Source: Syntrophus aciditrophicus
Lineage (GTDB): Bacteria > Desulfobacterota > Syntrophia > Syntrophales > UBA5619
Direction of reading: 5' to 3'
Length of the DNA stretch: 53,407 nucleotides
NCBI GenBank assembly: GCA_020726025.1
Contig: DYTH01000003.1
Span: forward strand, 1-53,407
The translations under genes were made by a program, and so were the position numbers. Shown here piece after piece: positions 52,034-53,407 of this stretch. The notes below the pieces were generated by a model, which worked only from the letters and a program-made list of their open reading frames with translations, had not been told where the DNA came from and did no database searches. How positions within the stretch are numbered: the stretch's first letter is position 1; the number at the start of each line of letters is the position of its first letter.

Positions 52034-53335
52034 CTAAGCGGTCAGCGAAAAGAAGATCATCGCCAGAGACAGTACCGTCAATACGGCAACGGTCGCCCAT
52101 GAAATGACATTCATCACGGGTCCGTTGACGTATTTTCCCATAATGCGCTTGTCGTTCACAAGAATCAGCATGAAAAACAGAATGACCGGCAAAAGCGCGC
52201 CGTTTATAACCTGCGAATAATACATGATCCGCACCAGCGGCATATCCGGCAGAAGAATGATTCCGGCGCCCAGAAAAATCATCAGGGTGTAGAGGCTGTA
52301 AAACTGGGGGGCCTCCATAAACTTCCTGTCGAGGCTCGATTCCCAGCCGAAAGCCTCGCAGATCGTGTATGAGGTGGATATGGGAAGAATGGACGCCGCG
52401 AAAAGGGATGCGTTCAGGAGACCAAACGCGAAAAGCAAAGCGGCGTATTGGCCCGCGAGCGGGGCCAGCGCCTGGGCCGCATCGACGGCGCTTTCTATGC
52501 GAATCCCATTTTTAAAGAGCGTCATCGCGCACAGCAGGATGATAAAAAAGGCAATCACGTTGACCATGATTGAGCCGACGATCACATCGATACGGGTGAA
52601 GGGGTAGTCTTTAATTTTCAGCCCCTTGTCAACAACGGAAGACTGGAGATAGAACTGCATCCAGGGAGCAATGGTCGTCCCGACCAGAGCCACGACCATC
52701 GCGATAAATCCGGGCTCCATCCTGAATGAGGGGGTGAGAAACGAGGTTCCCACCTCATTCCAGTCGGGATTTCCCATAAAACCTGAAAAAATATACGAAA
52801 AATAAACTACGCAGGCGAAGAGAAACACCTTTTCGACCGACTTGTAATTGCCCTTCACGACGAGCCACCAGACAAAGGCCGCGCTCACCGGAACGGACAG
52901 GCGCCGACTCACCCCGAAAATCTCCATGCTCGCCGCGATGCCCGCAAATTCCGAAATGGTATTTCCCAGGTTGGTCAGAAAAAGGGCGATCATCAGATAG
53001 AAGGTGACCCGCGCCCCGAATTTCTCCCGTATCAGGTCGGACAATCCTTTGCCTGAGACGACCCCCATCCGGGCGCACATCTCCTGAATGATGATCAGAA
53101 CCCCCGTGATCGGGATCAGGGTCCACAGAAGGGAAAGTCCATATTCGGAGCCGGCCAGCGAATAGGTTGTTATGCCGCCTGCATCGTTATCCACATTGGA
53201 CGTGATGATTCCGGGCCCGATCAAAGCGAGAATCAGCCAGAGTCTCCTCCAGCGGCCGGCGCCGACAAGACGGAGCTTCGAGGGAAAAATCGACTGCGCA
53301 AACCCCTGTAACTTTTCACCCAATGTCTTGCCCAT
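52034..53335 (-). CDS. Nramp/SLC11-related divalent metal transporter (NRMT-like)
   Basis: GPGII...DNDAGGITTY, QEMCARMG, GTTIAPW; the canonical DPGN and MPH motifs are replaced. Confidence 0.85.
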   Translation of the reverse strand: MGKTLGEKLQGFAQSIFPSKLRLVGAGRWRRLWLILALIGPGIITSNVDNDAGGITTYSLAGSEYGLSLLWTLIPITGVLIIIQEMCARMGVVSGKGLSDLIREKFGARVTFYLMIALFLTNLGNTISEFAGIAASMEIFGVSRRLSVPVSAAFVWWLVVKGNYKSVEKVFLFACVVYFSYIFSGFMGNPDWNEVGTSFLTPSFRMEPGFIAMVVALVGTTIAPWMQFYLQSSVVDKGLKIKDYPFTRIDVIVGSIMVNVIAFFIILLCAMTLFKNGIRIESAVDAAQALAPLAGQYAALLFAFGLLNASLFAASILPISTSYTICEAFGWESSLDRKFMEAPQFYSLYTLMIFLGAGIILLPDMPLVRIMYYSQVINGALLPVILFFMLILVNDKRIMGKYVNGPVMNVISWATVAVLTVLSLAMIFFSLTA

Positions 53336-53365
53336 CCTTCAGCGCCTTCCTCGTCCATACAGTCC

Positions 53366-53407
53366 CTATCGTCCCAGTTTTGCCGCAACCACTTCAAGGA
53401 GATTCTT
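53366..53407 (-). CDS. 3' end of an upstream gene, cut by the window edge (possibly a CBS/MgtE-N protein)
   Basis: Frame ...KNLLEVVAAKLGR* ends 30 bp before the transporter start; identity guessed from context only. Confidence 0.35.
   Translation of the reverse strand, partial: KNLLEVVAAKLGR

Overview
Chromosomal window from an anaerobic Gram-negative bacterium; gene content suggests Desulfobacterota/Syntrophales (inference, not tested). The left ~24.5 kb is accessory and has four parts. (i) A five-gene minus-strand export operon: TolC, a periplasmic adaptor, a GAF-adaptor fusion, a PqqD-like/M50 protease/adaptor fusion and a truncated secondary SecA ATPase, with no ABC transporter. (ii) An orphan ParB-family CTPase with a perfect 20-bp parS-like palindrome upstream. 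(iii) A sigma54-type, aromatic-rich type IVa pilin followed by five GT-C-type membrane glycosyltransferases, two of them TMTC-like. (iv) A repeat-riddled 3.5-kb island with nested MITEs, an IS1380-like remnant, two intact and one broken toxin-antitoxin modules, a group II intron 5' stub and a DRB0094-type RNA ligase. The right ~29 kb is mostly housekeeping or metabolic: ilvD, queD-folE2-nadE, acetoacetate-CoA ligase, hydantoinase-like/HDAC/CMD genes, a Liv-type ABC system with acyl-CoA ligase and crotonase, queA-tgt-yajC-secD-secF-lepB and an Nramp-related transporter. No rRNA, tRNA or CRISPR array was recognised. All calls come from motif recognition by eye; no searches were run.
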